64,000 nucleotides of DNA from Gammaproteobacteria bacterium (GCA_003353945.1 PIVM01000007.1:5127-69126), one strand, 5' to 3'; numbered from the stretch's first letter, positions 40,973 through 51,291 are shown. The notes: generated by a model not told the origin, from the sequence alone. A program made the numbers and translations.

Positions 40973-41839
40973 TTAGTCGATAATCTTACTGATAGGCAGC
41001 TCGACGATGGACCGTGCACCTTCAGCCTTCAGTTTTGGTAGCACATCGCGCAAGGTGTTTTTGTCAATCACCGCCGTAATATCCACCCATTCACCTTTGG
41101 CCAAATGAGACACTGTAGGATTTTCGCAGGGTAACAACGATAAAATCCGTTGAACATGGTCTTCTGGTGCATTGAGCATCAGACAAGCCTTCGGTACTGC
41201 ATTGATCACGGACTGCAGCATCATCACGATATCATCAATCTTTTTACGCTTGGCGGGATCATTGTAAGCTGCTTTATTGGCAATAAAGCGAGTCGTAGTT
41301 TCTAGGACTGTATCAATAATCTGCAGATTGTTCGCTCGCAGTGAAGAACCTGTCTCCGTAATTTCAACAATGGCATCAGCCAGATCCGGTACTTTGACCT
41401 CCGTCGCCCCCCAACTGTATTCCACATTGGCGGTCACTCCGTGGGATGCCAGATAATCAGTAGTAAGATTTACTACTTCGGTGGCAACCGTCTTGCCCTG
41501 CAAATCCTTGGCGCAGCATATGGATGAACCTTCCTTGGCCGCCAATACCCACTTCACCGGTCGGAAACTGGCTTTGGCGTAGACGAGTTCACATACCTCA
41601 ACCACATCGGCACGGTTCTCCCTGATCCAGTCCAATCCAGTCAAACCACAGTCAAGCTGCCCTCCTTCTACATAACGAGCCATTTCCTGTGCACGAATCA
41701 ACATGCAGCTGATTTCCTTGTCATCAATGGTGGGATAATAGTTACGACTGGCAACTTGAATATTATAACCGGCCTGTTTAAAAATATTGACTGTTGATTC
41801 CTGCAAGCTGCCTTTGGGAATGCCGAGTTTAAGTTCCAT
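40973..41839 (-). CDS. hisG: ATP phosphoribosyltransferase, long form
   Basis: 288 aa. [14 protein letters not shown].., ..[14 protein letters not shown].. and a C-terminal regulatory domain align by eye with long-form HisG. Confidence 0.8.
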   Translation of the reverse strand: MELKLGIPKGSLQESTVNIFKQAGYNIQVASRNYYPTIDDKEISCMLIRAQEMARYVEGGQLDCGLTGLDWIRENRADVVEVCELVYAKASFRPVKWVLAAKEGSSICCAKDLQGKTVATEVVNLTTDYLASHGVTANVEYSWGATEVKVPDLADAIVEITETGSSLRANNLQIIDTVLETTTRFIANKAAYNDPAKRKKIDDIVMMLQSVINAVPKACLMLNAPEDHVQRILSLLPCENPTVSHLAKGEWVDITAVIDKNTLRDVLPKLKAEGARSIVELPISKIID

Positions 41840-41949
41840 AATGCTTGTCTTTACCTGTGTATTGTTATGAAAACGATTGTTGCGTTATAGAAAGGAATGT
41901 ATTTCCACGAAGGCGATAATTGTACACGCTTAACCGCACATTTCATCAA

Positions 41950-43494
41950 TCAATGAACACCACGAAAATCTGCAATACTGACGCCGGTCAATCTCAATAT
42001 CAGAAAATAACACCCGGCACCGGCCAGACACAGTTTGGTCATTTCTATCACTCGCTCCCACCAGCTCATCACATACCAGAGATCAGCATCTGTCACCATC
42101 CATAAAAGCAGCACAATCATACCCGCAAGAGCCAACAGATAGCGCAGCAGTACAGCATAAAACCCTGGCTGAAAACGGAAAATGCCTGGGCGATACAAGC
42201 CGTGGAATAACAAACCCGCATTGAGAAACGCCGCCAGCGTTGTGGCCAGGGCCAAGCCAACATGGCCAATCTGCCAATAATGGTGCAAGGGCACAACCAG
42301 CATGACATTGAGCACCATATTCGCCACCATTGCCTTGATGCCAATTTTTACCGGCGTCATCATATCCTGGCGTGAGTAATAACCCGGGGCCAGTACCTTA
42401 ATCAACATAAAGGCCAGCAATCCCAGGGCGTAGGCCCTTAAACTCAGGGAAGCCATCAAAATATCCCGCTGTTCCAATTCGCCGTAATGGAACAGCGTGA
42501 TCAAAATCGGTTCGGCCAGAATAATCAAAGCCACAGACGCTGGCAGGCTAATCAACAAGACCAGACGCAAGCCCCAGTCCAATGTCGAAGAAAACTGCTG
42601 CGTTGACTGGGTCGCGTGTTTACGCGACAGGCTTGGCAGTATCACCGTACCAACGGCGATAGCAAATACGCCTAGCGGCAACTCCGCCAAACGGTCAGAG
42701 TAATACAGCCAGGACACACTGCCGGTGGGAAGAAACGAGGCCAATATGGTATCCAGCAACAAATTAATCTGACTGACTGACACACCAAATAAGGCCGGTA
42801 CCATCAGTTTCATGATACGCCGCACGCCTTCATCACGCGTATCAAATACCGGTTTTGGCAGCAATCGCAGCTGATAGAGAAACGGTGCTTGAAAAAAGAA
42901 CTGTACGATCCCCGCAGTAAACACGCCCCAAGCCAAGGCAAATACAGGTTCGGCAAAATATTGCGATGCCCACAGTGCTGCTGTAATGATGGAAATATTG
43001 AGAAATATGGGCGTAAACGCGGGAACCGCAAAACGACCGTAGCTATTAAGAATCGCGCCGGCAAAACCGGTCATCGAGATAAAAAACAGATAGGGAAAGG
43101 TAATACGGATCATATCGCTTGTTAGCTGGTACTTAAACGGCTGCGATACAAAACCGGGCGCAAAAATCGCTGTCAAAACCGGGGCACTCACAACGGCCAG
43201 CCCCGTCACGACGAGCAAGGAGCCACCCAGCGCCCCCGCCACCCGGTCGACCAGGGCTTTGACATCCGTAAAACTGCGCTGACTCTGATATTCGGACAGT
43301 ACAGGCACAAAGGCTTGGGAAAAAGCCCCTTCAGCAAACAGTCTGCGTAAAAACTGCGGGATTTTAAAGGCGATAAAAAACGCGTCCGCATTCGCGTTGG
43401 CGCCGATAAATCCTGCCAGCACAATATCCCGAATAAGCCCTAGGACACGCGATAACATCGTCATCGCGCCCACCACAGCACTCGACCGCAACAA
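41950..43494 (-). CDS. murJ: Lipid II flippase MurJ (MviN)
   Basis: The track ORF (575 aa, ending at 43677) overlaps thpR. A TTG at 43494 follows AAGGAA and gives MLRSSAVVGAMTMLSRVLGLIRD, which matches the MurJ N-terminus, at 514 aa. Confidence 0.85.
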   Translation of the reverse strand: MLRSSAVVGAMTMLSRVLGLIRDIVLAGFIGANANADAFFIAFKIPQFLRRLFAEGAFSQAFVPVLSEYQSQRSFTDVKALVDRVAGALGGSLLVVTGLAVVSAPVLTAIFAPGFVSQPFKYQLTSDMIRITFPYLFFISMTGFAGAILNSYGRFAVPAFTPIFLNISIITAALWASQYFAEPVFALAWGVFTAGIVQFFFQAPFLYQLRLLPKPVFDTRDEGVRRIMKLMVPALFGVSVSQINLLLDTILASFLPTGSVSWLYYSDRLAELPLGVFAIAVGTVILPSLSRKHATQSTQQFSSTLDWGLRLVLLISLPASVALIILAEPILITLFHYGELEQRDILMASLSLRAYALGLLAFMLIKVLAPGYYSRQDMMTPVKIGIKAMVANMVLNVMLVVPLHHYWQIGHVGLALATTLAAFLNAGLLFHGLYRPGIFRFQPGFYAVLLRYLLALAGMIVLLLWMVTDADLWYVMSWWERVIEMTKLCLAGAGCYFLILRLTGVSIADFRGVH

Positions 43495-43585
43495 GCCCTT
43501 TTCCTTCAGCTCTGCCCCTGACGGTTGTTCAGACGCCTTTATTTCACAATCAGGTTTGTTTCCAGGCGCATTCTTAGGCTTATTT

Positions 43586-44182
43586 TTAGACAAGTGGCGA
43601 CTCCAGCGAGGAATCACCAACATCTTCACCACACAGCGTTTTTTGGCTGATAACAGAGTAACTGGCACCCTTTGCACTGAGTTGACTGCGCAGCAAACTC
43701 AAGCAGCCTACTTTTTCTTCAATATCGGCGACATCGGGCATTTTACAGGCCCAATCAATTGATCGGGACTTAATTCGCGCCAGGGTGATATGTGGTCGAA
43801 ATCGCTGCTCACCACCGACCATACCCGCAAGCCGTAAATCATCCGTCAAATCATTTCGAAGACTTAACAAGCTTTTGCATTCTTGTGGCACAACAGCCAG
43901 CGCTTTGGGTCGCCGACACCCTGGAAACCAATCAGCACACTGCAATCTCAGGGTAAACTGCTGATGTTGACTCGCCACTTTATTTGCCACATCATCCAGC
44001 AGATCAAGTTTATCGCTATCGACATCACCGAGAAAAGCCAGCGTGATATGGTAATTTTGCGATGGCACAAACCGCAACTCACCGCTATTGTAGTGTTGTC
44101 GCAACGATTCAGTTCGCTGGGCGATCTGCCGTTGGCAGTGTTTGCCCAGACTCACTGCAAAAAAAACTCTCAATCGGTCCAC
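43586..44182 (-). CDS. thpR: RNA 2',3'-cyclic phosphodiesterase (2H phosphoesterase, ThpR/LigT)
   Basis: Two HxT/S motifs, HITLAFLG and HITLARI. The start is probably the GTG at 44182 or the TTG at 44173, either of which overlaps the nudF stop. The track ORF extends to 44218. Confidence 0.75.
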   Translation of the reverse strand: MDRLRVFFAVSLGKHCQRQIAQRTESLRQHYNSGELRFVPSQNYHITLAFLGDVDSDKLDLLDDVANKVASQHQQFTLRLQCADWFPGCRRPKALAVVPQECKSLLSLRNDLTDDLRLAGMVGGEQRFRPHITLARIKSRSIDWACKMPDVADIEEKVGCLSLLRSQLSAKGASYSVISQKTLCGEDVGDSSLESPLV

Positions 44183-44784
44183 AGGGTTTTTATCCGCGCA
44201 TGGTGCAACTGCAACCATTGCAGCCCAATCAGCGTGTGGGCATTATTGATACGTCCTTCGGCCAGCAGGTGAAACGCATCGTCAAGCGAATAAACTGTTA
44301 CGCGAATATCCTCCGCTTCACTATCCAAACCATGGATACCGCCTACGCCATCCGTACTGACTTTGCCGCAGAACAGAGTGAAACGCTCAGAGCTACCGCC
44401 TGGGCTGGAATAGTACTCAGCAATCCGTTCAATCCGGGAAATAATACAGCCGGCCTCTTCTTCACTTTCTCTGCGTGCCACTGACTCAGGTGATTCACCA
44501 AGCTCAAGAACACCTGCCACCATTTCCAGCGACCAGGGTTGCTCGCCTCGCACATAAGGCCCAATTCGAAACTGCTCAACCAACGCCAATTGCTCACGAT
44601 CAGGATCATACAGTAACACACCAACCGCATCCCCGCGTTCAAGCAGCTCCCGCTCGATGGTCTCGCTCCAACCACCCGCATACAAACGATGCTTTAAGCG
44701 ATAGGCCTTGAGTTCAAAAAAACCCTGGTAAACACTGTCGCACTGCAGTAATTCGACGTCATCTTGCGAAAAGTGTTGAGACAT
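44170..44784 (-). CDS. nudF: ADP-ribose pyrophosphatase (Nudix hydrolase)
   Basis: Nudix box GVLELGESPESVARRESEEEAGC. The start MSQHFSQDDVELL at 44784 lies 1 nt after the pyrB stop. The track ORF extends to 44850. Confidence 0.8.
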   Translation of the reverse strand: MSQHFSQDDVELLQCDSVYQGFFELKAYRLKHRLYAGGWSETIERELLERGDAVGVLLYDPDREQLALVEQFRIGPYVRGEQPWSLEMVAGVLELGESPESVARRESEEEAGCIISRIERIAEYYSSPGGSSERFTLFCGKVSTDGVGGIHGLDSEAEDIRVTVYSLDDAFHLLAEGRINNAHTLIGLQWLQLHHARIKTLWTD

Positions 44785-44785
44785 C

Positions 44786-45799
44786 TTAAAACCGCCCGCT
44801 GGTATACCAAGGCACATCACGAGCATACTTATCCACCTGTTCAACCACATCCAGTATCAATGCAAACAGGGCCATTCGCATCAGGACACCGTTGTCAGCC
44901 TGTCGAAAAATCGCCAGGTTGGGATTTTCATTCAGGTCATCGTCAAGCTCTCTGGCAGCCGATCGTGAATCACGAGGCAATGGATGCATGATCACGGTAT
45001 TGGGTTCACAAAACTGTGTATAGATTGCTTGATTAAGGCGAAAACGCCCGCGATAAAGATCCGCTTCTTCTGGCGAACTGAATCGTTCCTCCTGAATCCG
45101 TGTGGAATAGGCAATATCCACATGCTGGATATTGTCCTCCAGATGATCACTGATAATCACCTCATGGCCTACTTCACGCAGGCTTTCCACCAATTCCCCG
45201 GGCATCATCAGCTCTTTCGGTGAAATCAGCACAATTTTGATATTTTTGTAAAGTCGTAAGAGTTTGCATAAGGAATGCACGGTACGGCCATATTTCAAAT
45301 CACCAATCATGGCAATACGCAGACCATCAACTGTCTTGCCCTTGCTCTGGATTTCTTTTCTGATCGTATAAAGATCCAGTAAGGCCTGGGTCGGATGCTC
45401 ATTGCTGCCATCGCCGCCATTGATCACCGGCACACGGCTGGCGACAGCAAATTCAGCGACCGAACCTTCTTGCGGGTGGCGCATGGCAATCACATCGCTG
45501 TAACCGCTCAACACGCGCGCCGTATCATAGAGAGACTCCCCTTTGGCCAGCGCCGAATTTTGCAGGCCCGTGGTTTCGCGCACATCGCCACCCAACAGAT
45601 TAAAGGCGCAACCAAAACTAACACGGGTACGGGTACTGGGCTCAAAAAACATATTGCCCAAAATGGCACCCTCCAACACGCGGGTCGCTTTGCGGCGATG
45701 GGCATAGGGCGCCATACGATCGGCCACATCAAAAACGGCTTCAATGTCACCACGCTCAAAGGGTTCTATGGATAGTATATGACTGCCTTGAAATTCCAT
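44786..45799 (-). CDS. pyrB: Aspartate carbamoyltransferase catalytic chain
   Basis: 337 aa. The motifs FFEPSTRTRVSF, NEHPTQALLD and MHPLPR are ATCase signatures. Confidence 0.8.
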   Translation of the reverse strand: MEFQGSHILSIEPFERGDIEAVFDVADRMAPYAHRRKATRVLEGAILGNMFFEPSTRTRVSFGCAFNLLGGDVRETTGLQNSALAKGESLYDTARVLSGYSDVIAMRHPQEGSVAEFAVASRVPVINGGDGSNEHPTQALLDLYTIRKEIQSKGKTVDGLRIAMIGDLKYGRTVHSLCKLLRLYKNIKIVLISPKELMMPGELVESLREVGHEVIISDHLEDNIQHVDIAYSTRIQEERFSSPEEADLYRGRFRLNQAIYTQFCEPNTVIMHPLPRDSRSAARELDDDLNENPNLAIFRQADNGVLMRMALFALILDVVEQVDKYARDVPWYTSGRF

Positions 45800-45801
45800 G
45801 C

Positions 45802-47589
45802 TTATTCCCCTTCACTAATGTCAGCACTGGATTCTGAGACCCGTGCCGCTTGATCAAATTGTAGCTTAGCCCAGTGCGCATATAGTGGTGACTTGCCAAG
45901 CAATTCCTTATGTTTACCTATTTCTACTAGCCGTCCATTGTCTAAGACAGCAATACGATCCACATTGATCACGGTCGCCAATCGGTGCGCGATCACCAAG
46001 GTGGTACGATTGGCCATCAGGCGCTCCAAGGCCTGCTGTACTCGGAATTCACTCTCGGCATCTAGTGCACTGGTTGCTTCATCCAAGAGCAAAACCGCTG
46101 GGTTTCTTAATAATGCTCTGGCGATAGCAATGCGCTGGCGCTGGCCACCGGATAAACGCACGCCACCTTCACCCAAATCGCTGTTATAGGCATCGGGTAG
46201 GGTTTCAATAAACTCATGGGCATAGGCCGCTTTTGCAGCATCAACTATTTCCTGATCACTCGCCTCGGGATTACCATAACGAATATTGTCCCAGACATTG
46301 CCGGTAAACAGTACCGGCTGCTGTGGCACAATCGCGATATGGCGGCGCAATTCGAAAGGATCGAGTCGACTGATATCCACACCATCAAAACAGATACTGC
46401 CCTGCTGTGGATCATAAAACCGAAGGAGCAAGTCAAATAGCGTTGATTTACCGGCTCCCGATGCGCCAACCAAGGCCATACTCGATCCTGCCTGCACAGA
46501 CAAATCCAGACCATCGATAGCCGCTTGCGCAGGTCGTGAAGGATAACTAAAACGCAAGTTGGCTATTTCCACCTGACCACGCACATTATTCGACAATTGT
46601 TGAAGCTGTGTCGACTCCGGTGCCGTAATCAGGCTTTTTGCCGCCAACAATTCCATCAGGCGCTCAGTGGCACCTGCCGCTCGCTGCAATTCACCCATCA
46701 CTTCACTAATAGCACCGACCGACACTACCACCATCAAGGCATAAAACAGAAATGCCGCCAGTTCGCCTGCCGTGATCTCACCACGAATCACATCACTACC
46801 ACCCACCCACATCATGCCGCCGACTGAGCCAAGCACCAAGGTAATAGCGATAGTGGCAAGCCAGGCGCGCAGGGTAATACGGCGAACCGCCACACGAAAA
46901 GCGTCTTCGGCATAATCGGCAAATCGCAGTCGATCCAAGGGCTGGTGATTAAACGCCTGTACTATCTTGATATTTTGCAAGGCTTCACCGACGTAACTAC
47001 CGACATCGGCCACCCGGTCCTGACTGACACGAGATAAGCGACGCACTCTGCGACCCAAAAAGATAATCGGCACTAAAACAAAGGGCACGCTGATCAATAC
47101 AATGGCCGTCAGTTTGACATTGGTTATCAGCAACAAGATAACACCACCAATAAACATCAGCAGGTTGCGTAGTGCAATCGACACTGAGGAGCCAATCACC
47201 GACTGCATGAGTGTTGTGTCGGTCGTGATGCGGGACTGAATTTCACCACTGCCATTGTCTTCAAAAAAACTCGGGTGTAGATCGATCAAATGATTAAATA
47301 CCGCTTTTCGCAAATCCGTACACACACGCTCCCCAACCCAGGACACCAGGAAAAACCGCACAAAGGTGCCCACCGCAAGCAACACAACCAGAATCATAAA
47401 CACGCCGATTGCCTGTCCCAACGCCTCGGTTGAACCGGAAAAGCCCTGATCGACCAACAAACGCAAACCCTGGCCCAGTGACAAGGTCAGCGCCGAAGTA
47501 AACAGCAGTGCTGTCACTGCACCGATCAGCTGCCAGCGATAGGGTTGTAGATAATCGACAATGGGCCGTAGCCTCTTCAATTTGAACAC
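45802..47589 (-). CDS. ABC transporter, fused permease/ATPase (ABCB/MsbA-like exporter)
   Basis: 595 aa with six N-terminal TM helices. Walker A GASGAGKST, signature LSGGQRQRIAIARA, and Walker B LLLDEATSALD. Confidence 0.85.
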   Translation of the reverse strand: MFKLKRLRPIVDYLQPYRWQLIGAVTALLFTSALTLSLGQGLRLLVDQGFSGSTEALGQAIGVFMILVVLLAVGTFVRFFLVSWVGERVCTDLRKAVFNHLIDLHPSFFEDNGSGEIQSRITTDTTLMQSVIGSSVSIALRNLLMFIGGVILLLITNVKLTAIVLISVPFVLVPIIFLGRRVRRLSRVSQDRVADVGSYVGEALQNIKIVQAFNHQPLDRLRFADYAEDAFRVAVRRITLRAWLATIAITLVLGSVGGMMWVGGSDVIRGEITAGELAAFLFYALMVVVSVGAISEVMGELQRAAGATERLMELLAAKSLITAPESTQLQQLSNNVRGQVEIANLRFSYPSRPAQAAIDGLDLSVQAGSSMALVGASGAGKSTLFDLLLRFYDPQQGSICFDGVDISRLDPFELRRHIAIVPQQPVLFTGNVWDNIRYGNPEASDQEIVDAAKAAYAHEFIETLPDAYNSDLGEGGVRLSGGQRQRIAIARALLRNPAVLLLDEATSALDAESEFRVQQALERLMANRTTLVIAHRLATVINVDRIAVLDNGRLVEIGKHKELLGKSPLYAHWAKLQFDQAARVSESSADISEGE

Positions 47590-47792
47590 GTTCGTACTTT
47601 TCCTGTTGAGCCTTTTATAGACGGCTGTAAAAATTGCAATTTTCGTGGCGGTGCAATGCGCGGGGCTTATTGCAGAGCCTACCTCATGAGCGTAGCGATT
47701 GCCCAGCGCGGCCCACGGAGTGTTTTGGCCATTGGGTATCCTACGGGTGATTTTAGTTGTCTAACAACATATCCTACAACACAGAGTTCGTC

Positions 47793-49217
47793 CTAGAGCA
47801 GCTGATCACCCCATGCCAATAGTTGATCCAGTATGTTGTTCTGCTCGGTATTGGCTTTTGCACGTAGTTCATCAATTTCTTCCTGATAGGATTCCAGCGT
47901 AATACCTGCATCACCCGCCTCTCCGCTTAAACGCTGATAACAAAAATCGCTCCACTGTTCTTGTTCCTGCGCATCGAGCGTGCCGGGGAAATTTCGACCC
48001 CGATAGCGAAATAACATGTCGTTAAAGCGCTCCTCTTCAAACACAAATTGAGATTGTGTCAACTGGCCAGTTTGTGCTGTGCGCAATTGTGCCATCGTCA
48101 TCCTGTCCTGGTCACTGGCAAAACCACCGCTGTACAGCATACGATCAGGGTCTGTTATCGCCGGGTGTTCATGACTTGCGAAGACGTCCTGAATTTTGGC
48201 CGTCATGTCCAGAGCCTGCAGCAGACGATCATAATGTCGACGACATTGGCGCGTATCAATCTGCAAGCGTTGTGCCTGAGCATCATCAAGCATCGCCACC
48301 GGTGCAATCACGGGGCAGCGGTTTAGATGTACTGTCTTTAGTGGAATACGCGCCATCCCTTCAGGCAAATCCTTACTGGCAATAAAGATGCGTTGCGCTA
48401 TCTCATCGACGCCCAGCTCAATTAACGGCTGCGGATCAGCGCTCAGGTCATAGACGATAACGCCGTTTTTATTGGTCGGATGAGGTGCCAGCGGTAATAC
48501 CAATGCCGTGCAACCGTGCTCAGCGGAATATTTGGATGACACATGAAGCAGCGGCTTTTTGACTGCCACCCCTAGCTGCTTGGCCACTTGGTGTTTGTTG
48601 CGTTGCGCCAGTACATAATCATATAAGCGTGGCTGACGCGACTTGATCAGCTTTGCCACCGCAATCGTGGCATGCACATCAGATAAGGCATCGTGTGCAG
48701 ATTCATGACCAATACCATTTGCCGCCGTGAGCTCCTCCAAGCGAAAGCTGGGTTTGCCATCTTCATGGCGCGGCCAGTTAATGCCATCGGGACGCAGGGC
48801 ATAGCACATGCGTGCCATATCAATAATATCCCAGCGCGAATTCCCGTTCTGCCATTCGCGGGCATACGGATCATAAAAATTACGATACAGGGTAAATCGC
48901 GTTATCTCATCATCAAAACGCAAATTGTTATACCCCACAACACAGGTACCTGGCTGGACCATCTCATCGTGTATGCGCCGGATAAACTCGCATTCAGGCA
49001 CTCCCTTTTCCTGAGCTAACTGGGGTGTGATCCCAGTAATTAAACAGGCTTGCGGGTGCGGCAGCATATCCATGGTCGGCTGGCTGTATATCATCAGCGG
49101 ATCGCCGATAACATTCAGATCCCAATCCGTACGTATTCCAGCGAATTGCGCGGGTCGATCCCGACTGGGATCAGCACCCCAGGTCTCATAATCATGCCAA
49201 TAGAATGTTGATTGCAT
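47793..49217 (-). CDS. sbcB: Exodeoxyribonuclease I
   Basis: 474 aa. The N-terminus FYWHDYETWGADPSRDRPAQFAGIRTD and the DEDDh exonuclease motifs are typical of SbcB. Confidence 0.9.
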   Translation of the reverse strand: MQSTFYWHDYETWGADPSRDRPAQFAGIRTDWDLNVIGDPLMIYSQPTMDMLPHPQACLITGITPQLAQEKGVPECEFIRRIHDEMVQPGTCVVGYNNLRFDDEITRFTLYRNFYDPYAREWQNGNSRWDIIDMARMCYALRPDGINWPRHEDGKPSFRLEELTAANGIGHESAHDALSDVHATIAVAKLIKSRQPRLYDYVLAQRNKHQVAKQLGVAVKKPLLHVSSKYSAEHGCTALVLPLAPHPTNKNGVIVYDLSADPQPLIELGVDEIAQRIFIASKDLPEGMARIPLKTVHLNRCPVIAPVAMLDDAQAQRLQIDTRQCRRHYDRLLQALDMTAKIQDVFASHEHPAITDPDRMLYSGGFASDQDRMTMAQLRTAQTGQLTQSQFVFEEERFNDMLFRYRGRNFPGTLDAQEQEQWSDFCYQRLSGEAGDAGITLESYQEEIDELRAKANTEQNNILDQLLAWGDQLL

Positions 49218-49270
49218 TCTTCTATCCTTTCTCCTGTCCCTTATATCTTCAGCATCTATACGGTCTGTGC

Positions 49271-49300
49271 AAAAAAAAGCCGCAAACTAAGCTGCGGCTT
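49271..49300 (-). terminator. Rho-independent terminator downstream of the fumarase gene
   Basis: An 8-bp stem: aagccgca (49277-49284) pairs with tgcggctt (49293-49300). On the minus strand it is followed by a T tract, seen as the A8 run at 49271-49278 on the plus strand. Confidence 0.6.
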
Positions 49301-49350
49301 CATAATCTATACTAAATAGTCTATGAAAAAAATCATCTATGCAACACCGG

Positions 49351-50868
49351 CTACTTAACCTCCAGCGCCTGCTCCGCTATTTTTTTCTGCCAGATGGCTG
49401 GCCCAGTTTGGTGAACCGACTCACCATTGACATCCACGGCCACGGTCACGGGCATATCCTTCACCTCAAATTCATAGATGGCTTCCATACCCATATCGGG
49501 AAAGGCCACCACCTCAGCGGCGATTATCGCCTTGGACACCAAGTAGGCAGCACCACCGACCGCCATCAAATAGACAGCTTTGTGTTTTTTGATCGACTCA
49601 ATCGCGACAGGGCCACGCTCAGCCTTACCGATCATGCCAAGCAAACCCGTGTTCGCTAGCACTGTATCAGTAAATTTATCCATCCGTGTTGACGTGGTGG
49701 GCCCGGCGGGCCCAACCACTTCATCGCGTACCGGATCAACGGGGCCAACGTAGTAAATAAATCGGCCTTTAAGATCGGCTGGCAACTCTTCTCCCGCCTC
49801 AATCATTTCAACCAGTTTTTTATGTGCCGCATCTCTTCCCGTTAACATTTTGCCCGATAGCAAAACGGTTTCGCCGGTTTTCCAGCTTTGTACGTCCTCA
49901 GCGGTGACTTCATTCATGTTGACACGGCGCGTATTGGAACCGACCTCAAAAGTGAGTTGAGGCCAGGCATCCAGATCCGGTATCTTCTGCAAGCTTGGGC
50001 CATTACCGTCCAATTCAAAATGGGCGTGTCGGGTCGCTGCACAATTGGGAATCATACAGATAGGCAATGAGGCTGCGTGAGTTGGATAATCCTTGATCTT
50101 CACATCCAGCACCGTGGTTAATCCGCCCAAACCTTGAGCACCTATACCCAGATTATTGACCACTTCCATCAGTTCCAGTCGCAATTCCTCAATGCGGTTG
50201 CTGGGGCCTCGCGCCCGCAGTTCATGAATGTCGATAGGATCCATCAGGGCTTCCTTGGCAAGCACAGCCGCTTTTTCCGCAGTCCCGCCAATACCCAGAC
50301 CCAACATGCCGGGTGGACACCAACCCGCGCCCATGGTGGGTACCGTTTTCTTTACCCAGTCGACAATACTATCGGAAGGATTCAGCATCACCAATTTACT
50401 TTTATTTTCCGATCCACCACCTTTGGCCGCAATCTGAACTTCCACCTTATCGCCCGGTACAATTTCATAATGAATCACCGCCGGCGTATTGTCTTTGGTA
50501 TTCACTCTGGCACCAGCAGGATCTGCCAGAATGGATTTGCGCAGCACATTATCAGGGTGACTGTAGGCACGGCGTACACCTTCATTCACCATGTCGGTGA
50601 CACTGATATCGGAATCCCACTGAACATTCATGCCCACTTTTAAAAATGCGGTCACTATGCCAGTATCCTGGCAGATTGGCCTATGACCTTCAGCACAAAG
50701 GCGGGAGTTAATCAGAATCTGAGCAATCGCATCCTTGGCAGCAGGCGATTGTTCTTTCTCGTAGGCTTCGTGCATGGATTGCACAAAATCCAGTGGGTGA
50801 TAGTAGGAAATATATTGCAGCGCATCGGCCACGCTGTCGATAAGATCATCTTTACGAATTGTAGTCAT
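49351..50868 (-). CDS. fumA: Class I (Fe-S) fumarate hydratase, single-chain type
   Basis: 505 aa. ..GHRPICQDTGIVTAFLKVG.. is the conserved Fe-S fumarase N-domain, followed by the C-terminal beta-type domain. Confidence 0.9.
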   Translation of the reverse strand: MTTIRKDDLIDSVADALQYISYYHPLDFVQSMHEAYEKEQSPAAKDAIAQILINSRLCAEGHRPICQDTGIVTAFLKVGMNVQWDSDISVTDMVNEGVRRAYSHPDNVLRKSILADPAGARVNTKDNTPAVIHYEIVPGDKVEVQIAAKGGGSENKSKLVMLNPSDSIVDWVKKTVPTMGAGWCPPGMLGLGIGGTAEKAAVLAKEALMDPIDIHELRARGPSNRIEELRLELMEVVNNLGIGAQGLGGLTTVLDVKIKDYPTHAASLPICMIPNCAATRHAHFELDGNGPSLQKIPDLDAWPQLTFEVGSNTRRVNMNEVTAEDVQSWKTGETVLLSGKMLTGRDAAHKKLVEMIEAGEELPADLKGRFIYYVGPVDPVRDEVVGPAGPTTSTRMDKFTDTVLANTGLLGMIGKAERGPVAIESIKKHKAVYLMAVGGAAYLVSKAIIAAEVVAFPDMGMEAIYEFEVKDMPVTVAVDVNGESVHQTGPAIWQKKIAEQALEVK

Positions 50869-50901
50869 GCCGGGTCCAACTCCTTCGTTTTAATAAATGA
50901 A

Positions 50902-50917
50902 CAAGCAGTCAAGCAGT
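50902..50917. repeat. Tandem octamer CAAGCAGT x2
   Basis: Read directly: caagcagtcaagcagt, 34 bp upstream of the fumarase start codon. The same octamer recurs at 51135-51142 and 51154-51161. Confidence 0.9.
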
Positions 50918-51134
50918 AATTGGCGGTCGGGTAGTTTACACTAAAACAGGTTTCGCTGCGCCCGCCCATTAAGGACCAAAAACACTAACGTTGATCAAAA
51001 ACAGACCTGAACCAAAAAAATAATAGTTTCAAACGAAAATTTACTCATTTCAAAAAAAACTAAAAAATCAGCTAAGAAAACAGCCGCGTCACTGGTAATT
51101 TTCTATTCAGCATCTAAAATGCTTAACAAACAGC

Positions 51135-51161
51135 CAAGCAGTAGGATCAAGCCCAAGCAGT
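51135..51161. repeat. Two further CAAGCAGT octamers
   Basis: caagcagt at 51135-51142 and at 51154-51161. This makes four exact copies within 260 bp of one intergenic region. Confidence 0.9.
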
Positions 51162-51249
51162 GAACGTTACTGAATTCTGGGCTGCAACAGCACCTGCCGT
51201 AATGGAGCTTGTAGCCTGTCGCCCCCACATACCGTGGTGTTTAATTCGC

Positions 51250-51291
51250 ACGGCTGTGCCCCCGTCACTAACGGCTGTGCCCCCCTCATTA
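51250..51291. repeat. Tandem 21-bp direct repeat (2 copies, 19/21 identical)
   Basis: acggctgtgcccccgtcacta (51250-51270) and acggctgtgcccccctcatta (51271-51291). A degenerate third copy, cctgtcgccccc, lies near 51215. Confidence 0.9.

Noticed and set aside
43495-43677. A 61-codon N-terminal extension of murJ in the longest ORF, overlapping thpR.
   Set aside because: The extension is lysine/proline-rich and unlike MurJ. The internal TTG with AAGGAA gives a canonical MurJ N-terminus and removes the overlap.
47590-47792. Possible c-di-GMP-I (GEMM-I) riboswitch on the minus strand, suggested by GGGCAAT...TGCAATAAGCC strings.
   Set aside because: The resemblance is limited to short strings. I could not build the expected P1/P2 helices and tetraloop-receptor arrangement, and a B12 box or other riboswitch cores are absent. 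The region is kept only as an unclassified structured spacer.
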